Positions 1 through 11,753 are shown, numbered from the stretch's first letter. The stretch: 33,715 bases of DNA from Nemertoderma westbladi (GCA_032718475.1 JAUCBJ010008911.1:1-33715), one strand, 5' to 3'. Notes: generated from the sequence alone by a model not told the origin. A program made the numbers and translations.

Positions 1-85
1 CATTCACATGTGAATGAACCAAGAGTATTTGTGCAGCTGGCATCAATGTGGCAGTTATGAGTATTGGTATTACATTCATCAATAT
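1..85 (-). CDS. Host gene exon (runs off the window) encoding a calcium-binding EGF-like domain (fibrillin/fibulin-like repeat protein)
   Basis: Reverse strand reads tgctgcag|AT ATT GAT GAA TGT..., giving (D)[27 protein letters not shown]. This is the EGF_CA consensus, with a phase-1 acceptor AG at 87-86. Confidence 0.9.
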   Translation of the reverse strand, partial: MLMNVIPILITATLMPAAQILLVHSHVN

Positions 86-469
86 CTGCAGCATAACATA
101 TATTGTTACTAATTAATTAAATATAAAGTGTATTCTGTATACTGTATAGTATATAGCCTACTGCACGTGTGTTTGTCTTTCAAATAACCCTTTTAGGTAC
201 CTGTGATGCAATAAATTTATACATATAATGGGCAAGAAGGCTCTTAAACAGTAAGCTTTAGTTAGAGTTTGTTGCCCAATTGCTCCATTTATTTGGATTA
301 ATAAACGTTAAAAAAATTATTGGTAAGCATTAATAAGACCAAAAGTTGAGATTTTTGAGTGACATTTAGAAACCACCAATTCAATAGTCTCCCACTCGAG
401 GTCTACATGTTTAAACTTTAAATGTTACTACTACACCTTTTCAACATGTATTTCTGGAAACATCACATT

Positions 470-690
470 GATTTCAGAAAGATCTATTTGGGTTTCAGTT
501 TTTTTAATTTTGATTTCATAATGTTACAATTTGATTTCAATAAATCTATTTCGATTTCGGTAAATTCAAAGTAGATTTCAGTATTCGGTTTTATGAAGTT
601 TCATAAACGTCCCGTTTGATTTTCAGAAAATTATGTTCGATTTCAAATTTCCTTTCGAATTTCCGATTTTTCATTTGAATTTCAGAAAGA
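470..690. repeat. GATTTC/GAATTTC-rich degenerate repeat, possibly the subterminal array of a decayed DNA transposon
   Basis: About ten gatttc(a/g)-like units; no TIR or TSD found. Confidence 0.3.
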
Positions 691-1148
691 AGACAATGGA
701 ATACCTACAAAACTGCAATAATGGCACTAACAAACAAATAATTTGCAATTCTATGATGATGAAAATTATCATAGAATGTATGCTATCAAGTATGCTGTCT
801 CCCCTTGTGAATTCTCTCTACATTTCCTGGCTTGGTCTCCTGAGAATCCCTTCAGCTGCGGGGCGAAACCTACCGATCAGCTGGCTGCTTTCAGCTGATC
901 ACTGATTGCATGCAACGTCTAGGTCGTGTTGCTTTTTAGTTTTTTACATACTTCGGTACTGACATACCTACCGGTACCAGTAAGGTTTTTTACTTCACGT
1001 GATTGATAAATAAATAAATATAATTCGTAATTATTGGTTACTCAAGCTTCTACTTCAATAATGAAAATTATAAGATTCTATAATTCAATTATATTTTTTG
1101 AAATCAAAGTAATGTTTTCTGAAATACATGTGGAAAAGGTGTAGACCA

Positions 1149-1553
1149 CTACCTGTGACTTTCAAAGTGAACTGTCAAAATTTTGGTCTTTTTGGACTTA
1201 ATAAAAAGACCAACACTAGAAGCAGTAGCCTGTTCTAATGAGCTGAAGAGCCGTTGGGCTCCCTCTAGTGATTCTGAGAGTACTCCTAAGTCATCAGCAA
1301 AGTCTAGATCAGTTAGGTACGTGGCAGGATTTCTTCGACTTCGGGAGCCAGTAGGTGGAGTTACCAACACCCCATCATCATTATGATGATCTGAGGACAT
1401 GCTTAAATAGAACATAGACGACCACAATGAATAAGAATGGTGCAAGTGTGTCTCCCTGGAGGTACTCCCCAACTTCGAATGGAGCTGTGTCACCATCAAC
1501 AGTAGACACAAATGTTGTCGAACCATCGTATACTGATCTGATTGCTCCATCTG
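1149..1553 (-). mobile_element. RTE-like non-LTR retrotransposon RT fragment in the host intron
   Basis: Frameshifted QGDTLAPFLF and YLTDLDFADDLGVLS...GLFIKSKKTK (the RT YADD motif appears as FADD). Similar to the fragment at 30945-31140. Confidence 0.85.
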
Positions 1554-1675
1554 CACTTGTAAAGTTTGCCGCTAGAGAGCAAAATATCTTAAAGTGAAAA
1601 CAGTATATATTTTCGTTATTAGTTTATAAGGGACATTAGCAGATATATAAAATACTGTATGCTAACATAACTTAC

Positions 1676-1798
1676 CAGTGCATGATACACCATCACCAGA
1701 ATAGCCGTTATTACATTCACATGTGAATGAACCAATAGTATTTGTGCACCTGGCATCAATGTGGCAGTTATCAGGATTGGTATAACATTCATCAATAT
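1676..1798 (-). CDS. Complete 123-nt phase 1-1 host exon encoding one calcium-binding EGF domain
   Basis: (D)IDECYTNPDNCHIDARCTNTIGSFTCECNNGYSGDGVSCT, with six Cys. Acceptor tgcag ends at 1799 and donor GTAAG is at 1675-1671. Confidence 0.93.
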
Positions 1799-2436
1799 CT
1801 GCAGCATATTATATATAGTAACTAATTAATTAAATATAAATACGAAAAACCACCATGTACAAAGGGATGTCTATAGATGAACAAAACGAGCATGATGGAT
1901 CGCAAACCAGTTCGCGGGAACTGGACATGGTAAGTTTGACTGGAAGCCAAGAGAACATTATTAGGAGTATAGGAGGACACATGGCCCAGATTACTCGAAA
2001 TTTCGGAGAAGGTTTTCGCGTTTTGCGCGAATTAACTGCCCCGATGTCGAGATACGAGTTCTACACTTTACAGGTAAGGATAGAAAGTAGGGTACATGCC
2101 TCCATAGATAAACTTAAAGGTTTGAGTGTTTAGAGAGAGAGAGTTTAAAGAGTTGAGTGGCTACAACTTTATTCAAGTAAAGATAATTGAGAAGTTTGTA
2201 AGTGCAAGGGAAAGCCTCATTCATTTTAAGTCAGTTGTAGAATTGACTCAATGAGAAAAACTTGATCAACTGATGGGTGAGTCTGTTTCCGACACGTTGT
2301 TGCAACCCGAAGACGAATAAGAACTATACTGCCTGGACGGGAGGTTAGAGACGCTCACCAATTTTCTTCGTAGATGCGGCATACCGATCGAAGAACCGGA
2401 AGTCGAACCGCGAGGGACGATGGAAGTTCTAACTAC

Positions 2437-2456
2437 GGAAGGCTCGCGAGCCTTCC
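2437..2456 (+). repeat. 20-nt hairpin motif, copy 1 (inside a perfect 26-bp palindrome at 2434-2459)
   Basis: tac-ggaaggctcgcgagccttcc-gta; read as EGSRAF in the apparent gag frame. Confidence 0.9.
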
Positions 2457-2459
2457 GTA

Positions 2460-2850
2460 CATTTACAGTACAAATTAAACGCATTTGTAAAAACTGGACA
2501 GAATGTAAATTAGCGGAGAAATTCTATATTAAAAGAGACAGACCAACACTCAACACCCAATACCTAAAAGAACACGATGCGGGGTGGTGAGAATTAACTT
2601 TTATACAGTAGTTCCAGTTCCAATTATCTTGGGGGGGGGGGGGGGGGGGGTAGGTGCAACCTAGATACCTACCGGTAGCAGTATTTTTGTCATTGGTGCA
2701 GTAGTTGTCAGTAGTATTAATAGTTTCTAGTATCCTTACCGGTTAGACGCATAGTTGATTACTGCTTGTTAAAGGCCTGTTGGCTGAAATATAATAGCAT
2801 TAGTATTATTATATACCAATTACGTGATATAGACCACATTCAACTTATAT
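2460..2850 (+). mobile_element. Penelope-like element 3' fragment inserted in gag
   Basis: FTVQIKRICKNWTECKLAEKFYIKRDRPTLNTQ...* matches the GIY-YIG C-terminal E..I....P.LN pattern. It is followed by an AT-rich UTR with a degenerate hammerhead-like motif near 2763-2799. Boundaries are approximate. Confidence 0.7.
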
Positions 2851-3567
2851 AACTATGATTGCTCCTGTAACCTGGGCGATGAATTATCTTAGAAGAAAGC
2901 AGCATCCGAAGCTCATGCCGAGTTAAAGGCACGACAAATAAGAGCTCGTTTAACTGTACAGGAGGCGGAGTTAGCAGCGCAACAACAGGCGGCCAACCGA
3001 CGCAAAAGGGAGATGCAACTCCAATTCAAACTAAACCGTAGATCACGGGAGTTAGACATGGACGAGCTGGACATGACTTGTCTGCCCTGGATCGCTTGGA
3101 AATTCGACATCGCAAAATTCAGAAGCGAATAGAAGAATGAAGCGTAGGAGTGATCGAATGAGGAGAGGAATTCATTGAGGATTACTGTAAACGTTTTCCC
3201 CAGGTTATTCCTATGCTCAAACCTATGACTCCGATGGAACCGATTATAGTTGTAAAGACAAAGGAGATATTGTCTGTGTGTTGGACTCAAAGTAACAGGT
3301 TTGTTATGTTGGAGTCGATTCCGCAACCACGAGCGACTTCATCGCCGATTTTAGCAGGTAAGGTAAGTAGTCCACCTACCATAAGCCGTAGCTTACTTGT
3401 AGAAAGAGACGAACCCGCGTTTATGACAATTAAACATGTAAATAAGCCGTTACCAGTTAAAACTTTAACGTGCTGCGTGAACCCAGTCATTTATAGACCG
3501 ACAACGGCTAAACCGGAGCTCTTTATTCGACCTGATACACATTGTGGAACGAAACCTACAACTTCGT

Positions 3568-3679
3568 GGAAGGCTTGCGAGCCTACCGAACGACAATGGA
3601 CTAACTTTGTGGGTAGTACCCACAGGTTAGAACAGTACTTATCGAACATACGACTTTGGGGAAGGCTTGCGAGCCTACC
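3568..3679 (+). repeat. 20-nt hairpin motif, copies 2-3 (3568, 3660)
   Basis: ggaaggcttgcgagcctacc twice, 92 nt apart, both followed by gaacgac. Confidence 0.92.
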
Positions 3680-6209
3680 GAACGACGAAGAACCGTGGAT
3701 TCCAAAGAAAAGCGAATGCGGCCGACGAAATTTACACGCCGCACGTGAATTCGCCAACCACCGTATCCCGACAACAGCGACTCATCCAGTGATTCAGAGT
3801 CGACGGAATGGGAAATATTCCATACTGGAGTGGCAGCGGATTATAAACAAGAGGAGAGATCGACAAATCCATACATCGACAATCCTCCATGAGATACGCC
3901 CGCTCAGAAACCCACGTTGCAACCGGCCGAGGAGATTATCACTAGACAGCTCACCGAAGTAATGCGACCTGTAGCGGACCGACTGGCTCAGATCGAAGAG
4001 CGGCTCGAAGCTCCATCATCGGATCGATCACGGACCAGCATGGAATTGGAACGACCTAGACCACATTGACCACCATATAGAGAACCGGAGGCCAGTCAAA
4101 CTCCGAACCATCGAGTAGACGATCCCGTTAACCTTTCCTACCGACGAACAACGCGCGGACGGGAATGACTGGACGCTATTACCGAACAGGGACATGGACA
4201 GTTGGACTTAGTCAACGAGATTGCTAAGTTTGCAGCCAGACACGGATTACCGGCACAGCAACCGCCGAAGTTTTCTGGCAACACAAAACACTGGCGTACG
4301 CTGGTAGACTATGTAGAGTCCCAGATCGCTATGTGTGCCTCCACCTCGACGGAGAAGTTTAATTACTTGCTCCAAGTTCTATCTGGTGAGCCAAAAAGAT
4401 TAGCGGAGACCTCCATCGGTGTTCCGAATGCCTTTGAGTTGGCATACAACTGTTTGTTTTCCATATACGGTGGCAACGTAGCCATGGCTAAATCTATTAT
4501 AGAAGACCTCTGTAGAGTTGGACCTATTTCGAAACCAATCGATCTTCTACGACTCGCGGATGAGATAAAAAACGCTATAGGGACTTTACGGTCCATCGGT
4601 CAACTCGAGTATGCCAACATGCCGACAGTTCTAATTAGGATCATCGGCAGACTCCATCATCGGTTACGCCGAGAATGGCGACAGATAGAGTACCAGTATG
4701 AAGAGGCTGGCGGGCTACTGAAACTCACCGACGTTTACCAGTTGATCTCACGACGCGGGAGGCTGTGGTTGAGACCATGTCTAACTATACGGACCACCAC
4801 ATAGCGGCAGAAGGAATAGCTATTGTTGCACCGAATCGGACCAAGCAACTTCCGACGAACGCGAAAGCCGTGACCTATACAACCCCAACGGTCACTCCCA
4901 AGGTTCTGACGCCTATCGGCACCAAACAGCCACGACAACAGTTGCTGGCAGATTTTGTGGGATGCCCATACTGCGAGCGGAACGGCGGAAGATATAGCGG
5001 ACACAAGCTATGCACATGGATGTCGCGCTTTTAAAGATTTAGGAGTTGAGGAAAGATGACTCCAGATTCGCCCATTGGATTCTTGTTGGAGATGTACCAT
5101 GCCTGGACACGTCCGGAAGGACTGCCCAAAAGATGACACATGTCCTCTGTGCGGACGTAACCATGACGCATTAGTCCACACAATCCCTACTCAACACTCC
5201 AACTAAGCGCTTTCGACGAGAGTATCCCAATAAATTGGCTAGATGCGACGCGCTTTATAGAGAGTGCGCACCGCGCCAAATCCGTACTTTCTATACCGAT
5301 TGTATGGATCAATCAGGATCGTCGGACGAGGAAGAGGAGGAAGATGATACATTTTATGTGCATGCAGGAGAAGAACAACCATCTATAACATTCCTTACAT
5401 ACAACCAGTTGAAAGGGTTTAGCGTGATACCAATTAAGATCACAGGAACCTGAGGGAGCAAGCGTATATACGCTATCTTAGACTCTGCGTCGTTACATAG
5501 TTACCTTCACGAACAAGTAGCCGACATAGTTACGGACATGAGCCAAGGTAAGACTGCTCAGTATACAGTTAGTAGTATGCATGGTAAAAGGGCAATACCT
5601 GTGACTAGAGTAAAATTAACCTTAGATACTCTTCTTTCCAAAGCGGAACACATCAAGGAGGAATGCTCACTACTTCTGGTAAGGAACTTGACCTTTGCGG
5701 CCACAAAGGACTTTAGTAACCTGCTCGGTTCTGTGCCAGAGCAATCCCTGGAAGACCGTAAGTATTTCCGACATCTTGGAATACCGGAATGTCCTGTTAA
5801 TTATCGCTCAATTGTGATGTTAATTTGGAAGGGCCAGTTTAACTTGAATCAAGTATGGGAGACATGCCCATCTGTGATAGCAGCGGGCAACCCTTACGCA
5901 TATAGAACTCCCATAGGTTGGTATACTAGAGTGCCTGTGCATTCACTAGAGGTAAGTGATCAGAAGGACAACGTCTTGAGCACGTGTAGTTTGCTGACTA
6001 CCATGATAGCTAATTCTCCTTCACACTCCTGTGGTCCAATTGTACAGACAGTATTACGACAGAGTTACGTCGTTACCGACACTGACGTAACAGATCTGGA
6101 CGAGACCACACGGACCTCTAACATACAGCTACTTGCAGCGAAACAGGTTGTATCGACCACCGAAGACCAAAGGGTTGTTGCTGTGGATAACTCGATGAAC
6201 GAGGATTTT

Positions 6210-6385
6210 GGAAGGCTTGCGAGCCTACCGACAAATCTGAAGGTCATTGACCCTATTCACCAAGCTTCGACACCGGTCGCTGATCTTGGAAGGCTTGCGA
6301 GTCTACTGACAGATCAAAAGGTTGTCGAACCACCTCAAGATGTTTCGATGCTGACTAGTGACACCAGAAGGCTTGCGAGCCTACC
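6210..6385 (+). repeat. 20-nt hairpin motif, copies 4-6, in a 78-nt-period repeat between PR and RT
   Basis: Motif starts at 6210, 6288 and 6366 (GRLASLP, GRLASLL, RRLASLP). Confidence 0.92.
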
Positions 6386-8274
6386 AGCCACATTGACACT
6401 AGCCACCGCAGCGGACGATGATGTAGACAAGGACTGTGGCGCAGTGCAAGCAGCGCTTGGCCGACTGCTGACTGAGAAGACCATTAAGTGGTTGGAACAG
6501 GACTCAGCAGAACCCGGTAGTTACGAGACCGCTATGTCAGAACAGGAAAAACGGCCATTAAAGATTATGAAGGATACCATTCGCCAGACCGCGAATGGCC
6601 ACTACGAAGTTGGAATATTGTGGCGCCATGGACAACCTAAGCTCGTTAACAACTACCCACTTGCTTTGAGACTACTCAAGTCGATACGGCAGTGACTAGC
6701 GGCTGTTGCGTGATGAGACGGCCCATATGCAATACAACGCACAACTTCAGACGTATCTCCAAAAGGGATACGCCATTAGGATGACAAACCCTGAGGTAAC
6801 CACAGACCAAACATATTACCTGCCTTATCATTTTGTTCGACACCAAGACAAACCTGGCAAGGTGAGTGTAGTCAACGACTGCGCCGCACTTTACCAAGGG
6901 ATGTCTATGAATAGCAAATTGATGGACGGGCCGAATATGAATAATTACCTCATGGGAGTCCTAATGCGTTTCAGACAACGCAAGGTGGACTTCACCTGTG
7001 ACGTAGAGGCCATGTTTCGCCAGGTTAAAGCTTTGGAGCGGGACAGGGACAGTTTGAGGTTTCTTTGGTAACCGGACAGAAATTTAGATCTTCCGCCAGA
7101 AACTTACCAAATGCAGGTAAGAGTTTTCGGGGCCCGGACAGCCCACACTGCACCATGTATGCCCTAAAGCAGACTGCTTTAGACAGATGAGAACAATTTG
7201 ACCCAGAAGTAGTTCGGACAGTGGAGCGGGATTTTTACGTGGATGATGGCCTCAAGAGTTGTGACACTCTGGAGCGTGCCAACTCCAAGATTGTCTTGCC
7301 GAGGGCGGGTGAAATTTGCTTCCAATAAATCCGAACTAGTGAACTCATTTGATCAGATGGACCGTAGTGGAGGTGACCTAGATTTAGATCTAGTACCTCT
7401 ACCTACGACCAAGGTATTTGGACTTAGTTGGGACCCGAACACCGATAACTTCAGGGTGCGAGTAAGGTCCAATGACCAGATGAGACCTCTCACCAAGAGG
7501 ACTTGCTTATCGACCATGAGTCGACTGTATAACCCACTGTGTTTTATCAGTCCAGTGATCCTACATACTAGGATCATACTCCGCAGCATTTCACAAGCCG
7601 GACTGGAATGGGATGATCCCATCCCAGAAAAGCTAGCCGAACAATGGAGGGACTGAGAAGCCCAACTGACTCGGAGCTTCACAGCTTCAGCGATGCTAGT
7701 AAGGATGGGCTGGGGTTACTTTATACCTTAGACGACAAGTGACTTCGGACAGCTACGAAGTATCTCTCGTTACTTCGAGGGCAAAAACAATGCCATTGAA
7801 GTACATGACAGTGCCTCGTGGAGAGCTACAAGCCGGGACGATATCCACCGATATTGTCAGTCTAGTTCAACGTGAGCTGGAGGCTAACTTGAAGGTCACA
7901 TATTGGACTGATGCGATGTTAGTACTTTGGTATATAAATAACGACACATTTCAGTTCAAGACTTTCGTAGCCAACAGATGGGCTGAAATACTGGACAATA
8001 CTGGCTCAAATAAAATTGGCGTCACTGTCCAGGGAAACTGAACCCAGCTGACATCGCGTCACGGGGAATGTTACCCATTGACTTTTGTAAACCGGACAAT
8101 AAGTCCTTTTGGTTTAAAGGACCAGACTTCCTACAGTGACCATCGGACGAATAGCCACCGTTATTCGACGCACAACTAACACCATACCGGAGGGTGCCGA
8201 GATAAAAATCAACACTGTTGTCAAATCGAAAGCCAACGCCAAGGTCAAGAAGAAACAAGGATGGATGAAATCGA

Positions 8275-8712
8275 ATGTCCTGGACATTAGACCAGACATT
8301 ACGCCAGACGTCTCACCAGACACTCGACCAGACGTACTAACGAATCTTTCGCCGGATGTTCTGTGGGAGATTTCACCAGACGTTTCGCTGGATTGTTCAC
8401 CAGATGTCTCGCCAGATTATTCACCAAAAGCGACACCATATTGTTTTCCAGATTATACGCCAAATTGCTTAATGGAGCTCTCGACAGATTGTCTACCGGA
8501 CGTCTCGCCAGACTTTCTACCAGACATCTCGACAGACTGTCCACCAGACTTTAGACCAGACACTCTGACAGAAGCTACACCAGACTTTCTACCGGATGTA
8601 TGACAAAATATTTAGCCGGATGTTCTGTGATATGTTTCACCAGACGTCTCACCAGACTGTTCGCCGGACACCTCACCAGACTCTACCAGACATACCACTA
8701 GACGAACCACCG
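8275..8712 (+). repeat. 12-nt coding minisatellite, (x-P-D-x)n, in the RNase H-integrase linker
   Basis: Recurrent ccagac/ccggat at a 12-nt period: RPDI TPDV SPDT RPDV ... SPDF LPDI STDC PPDF RPDT. Confidence 0.9.
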
Positions 8713-9057
8713 GAAAGTAGCGACATGTGCTATGGCACTGCAATGATCCCATTGGAGCGGACTAGTACATACCCTTTAGGTATTACTAACTTACCTACTT
8801 TGACTTCCTTGAATTATGACAAAGGTGTGGCAACAGCGATCACACTCCGCTCAAGGAAAATACTTGACTTACAGCCCACGGCTAAACATGTGACCAAGGT
8901 TAGGAGGCATACAAGCCCACACGAACATACTGATACCGTAGAGTTGAAACCGTTACTACCAGTCAATTCACTGAGTGCAGACTGTAATGGTAAGACCGTG
9001 GAGATTGAAGTACTTAAGGACTCAGACAAACCCATTGTACAAAGGGAGACACTCACC

Positions 9058-9077
9058 GGAAGGCCCGCGGGCCTACC
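9058..9077 (+). repeat. 20-nt hairpin motif, copy 7 (compensatory variant)
   Basis: ggaaggcccgcgggcctacc; the loop-closing pair is C-G instead of T-A. Confidence 0.88.
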
Positions 9078-10600
9078 AAGTCCGAACAAGTATCCACACT
9101 TTGACTATACCTTACCTGACGACGTCACCAACACTTACATTGACAGGATAGTTAACCTAACTATATCATGGACGGACATGTGCCGCAAGTTAGCATGGCT
9201 CAAACGTTTGAGACAATATGCCAGATGCAAACACGACTTTCCAAGTAGACTTACCTTGGCTGAAATTGGTAGTTGTGAAGTTGATAATATTAAACATTAT
9301 CAATTGCGATATTTCGCACGAGAGTTCACAGCGATCAATCAGGGTAAACAGATCAAGTCTTCACCGATCTTGAGTTGGAGTCCAATAATTTACAAGGGCT
9401 TACTTTGTCATAAGTCCAGACTCCAAAACTTTGACTTCGCATTAGACTTTAGGTATCCTATCATCATACCGCAACACCATGAGTTACAGCGCGATATGAT
9501 ACTGGATGCACACGTACAACTCAAACACATAGGTAGACACCACTGTCTATCACACTTACACTCAAGGTTTGTACTGATAGGCCTAGTAAGGCACTGAGTT
9601 CAGTGACACGTAACTGTATTATTTGTAAGAAGGTGCACGCGAGGATAGGACACCAAGAGATGAGTGAACTACCATTAGCAAGGTTACAGGCCTTTAGACC
9701 CCCTTTCACTGAGACGGGGATAGACTGTTTTGGACCCATAATTGTGAAACGCAGAAGGGTACAGGTAAAACGCTGGGGATTAATCTTCACCTGCATGGCC
9801 AGCAGAGCTGTCCATATTGAACGTGTGACAGATTTAACCACCAACGCCTTTATCCTAGCATTATGGTGATTTATCGCTAGACGTGGATTGGTCAAATCCA
9901 TATATTGCGACCAAGGGACTAACTTTGTGGGTGCACGGAATGAAATCTCCAGAGCTTTAAGGAGATTGGACCAAAATCTAATTTCTCACGAACTACGTCC
10001 TCACAACATTGTCTGGAGCTTTAACACTTCTGACAGTCCGTGGAGAGGCGGAGTTTGGGAAAGATTGATTGGTTCAATCAAAACGGCTATGGCGAAAGTA
10101 ATACCGACGCAACGCATCTTAACAGACGACCAACTGACAACGTTGTTAATAGAAATCGAGGCGGTTCTGAATAACACATTGATCACAGACAACAACGACT
10201 CACATTTTGCCTTGACACCAGCGCACCTGCTTATGCAGGCGCCGACGACATTGTTGCCCACTTCGGTACCTGTCGATAGCGACGGTTATGGCAACAAAGC
10301 TTGGAAAATCACTCAATTATTAGCCAACAAATCTTGGGAAATATGGCAGAAGTACTATTTGCCCTCTATTTCGGCCAGAACCTCTTGGTATCTTAATACC
10401 TGATGTCTACAACAGGTGACCATGTTTTATTGGCTGAAACCAATTTGAAACAACGGTTTTGGCTGTCTGGAGTCATTTTGACCACACACCCGACATCTGG
10501 CGTAGTAAGGACAGTAACTGTACGGACAATCGATGGTCGTACCGATGATAGGCCTGTACAGTACAACGTCTCGTGCTCCTTGAGGAGACTAGAAACAAGA

Positions 10601-10958
10601 CTACTACTAGGATCGGCATGCTGCATTGCAGCTGCATTTTTAAGAATGCTGTGCCGGCTTGTCAACAAAATTGCACCGCCACAACTCCCTATCACCCATG
10701 ACATTTGCTAGATCATCCGCATCTTCAAGGCCAGTGTCCTTTAAGATGCGTCTCAAGAAAGTCATGGGCTGTCCACCATGCTTATTCACTCCATGAGGCT
10801 GCCAAAGTACAAGATTATGCACTGGCTGGTCCTCACGGCGAAAGCAATGTCCTGCAAAGCGGAGGCGATTTTGTTCTAGTGTCAAGCTTGGGGGAACCAA
10901 AGAGACACCTCCAATGTTATATAGTGTCTGGTTGGAGATGTGTGCATTGTACAAAGAG
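10601..10958 (-). mobile_element. 5'-truncated RTE-like LINE inserted in the end of pol
   Basis: RLRFAGHCFRREDQPV..LVLWQP..DRELWR C-terminus and a (TAG)n tail at 10601-10610. TSD aacaaga at 10594-10600 and 10959-10965. Nearly identical to the copy at 25078-26985. Confidence 0.9.
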
Positions 10959-11386
10959 AACAAGAACAGGAATGAAACAAGACAGGAGACTATAAATCTC
11001 CACCCAACATTTGTAAATAGAGATGTGGGACCCTTGATGGTCGCCACATAGCCTTACAGTATTCTAGTATTTTGTATTACTGTACATTTGTATTCCTCTT
11101 CACTGTAGATTGAAGACAGGGGTGGAATTCCATTGTCTTTATATGTGAACATGGAGGGTAGTACCCTTATGTATCACATAGGAACGGGATTGTGTGTACA
11201 GTAGGAATGGAATTCCACTTGGAACCCACAAATGAGACAATTTTTCAAAAATTTTAGATAAATCCATTCATTTGGATTTAGATTTAAGAAAAATGATTCT
11301 CCAGTGGATGGATTCTAGGATATGGAACCTAGGATATGGATATGGATCTAGGATGGAACCAAAATTGGGGAGGGACAAGAGCGGAT

Positions 11387-11406
11387 GGAAGGCTTGAGAG
11401 CCTACC
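11387..11406 (+). repeat. 20-nt hairpin motif, copy 8, in the non-coding pol-ORF3 spacer
   Basis: ggaaggcttgagagcctacc. Confidence 0.88.
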
Positions 11407-11521
11407 AATATATTTTTTTGGAAAATAAAATCGGCCTTGTTCTAAAGTCTTGTCTATTATTATATTTTAGTCTGATTATTTCTCGACTGCATTATTTTTT
11501 CTGGGAGTAGTTTAGGATTAA

Positions 11522-11744
11522 AAGGTGAGTATTTTAGTTATAGTTTATATTTTAGTTTTAGGTATATTAGTTTACCCAGAATTCGTTTTTTATCGGCACA
11601 TTTTTTTGTATTAGGAGCCAGTGCGAAATCACGCGGAACCCGAAGTCTTAGGCAAATGGGTAGGGGTTTTAGCGCAAAGTTGAGCTGAAGGCTGACAAAA
11701 CTGTAAGTCTCCTCACATCTAACCTCTGTTTGTGCTTCCTCTAG
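11522..11744 (+). promoter_or_regulatory. Candidate splice signals upstream of ORF3
   Basis: AAG|GTGAGT at 11525, CT|GTAAGT at 11703, branch-like CTAAC at 11719-11723, and a pyrimidine tract with TAG ending at 11744, 10 nt before ATG 11754. Confidence 0.5.
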
Positions 11745-11753
11745 TAGAACGTA

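Larger units (their letters stand above)
1855..5200 (+). pseudogene. gag: BEL/Pao gag (stops and frameshifts; interrupted by a Penelope fragment)
   Basis: accaccATG at 1855 and a coiled-coil-like segment near 2900-3100. Core PPKFSGNTKHW...KFNYLLQVLSGEPK...YG (DUF1759-like) lies at 4202-4760. Knuckles CPYC...H and CWRCTMPGHVRKDC-CPLCGRNHDALVH lie at about 4963-5180. Confidence 0.85.
5235..11051 (+). pseudogene. pol: BEL/Pao pol (protease, RT, RNase H, integrase), disrupted
   Basis: PR: YAILDSAS near 5470. RT: YLPYHFV..KPGKV, DVEAMFRQV, FYVDD near 7235. RH: FSDAS, PRGELQA, YWTDA, NPADIASRG. INT: HH/CC, GIDCFGP, DQGTNFVGA, GGVWERLIGSIK. Removing the LINE at 10601-10958 plus one TSD restores the frame to TAG at 11049-11051. 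Confidence 0.93.

Noticed and set aside
633-905. 90-aa ORF
   Set aside because: Low-complexity intronic sequence with no recognisable domain.
1619-1807. 62-aa ORF from the track
   Set aside because: Wrong frame of the EGF exon; the real frame is set by the splice sites.
2631-2650. Poly-G/C tracts (also near 18735, 21582 and 30234) as G-quadruplex signals
   Set aside because: Simple homopolymers in unrelated contexts, and their lengths are unreliable.
3568-6385. Hairpin repeats with intervening sequence as a CRISPR-like array
   Set aside because: At most three adjacent copies, spacers related to each other, embedded in gag/pol, eukaryotic context and no cas genes.
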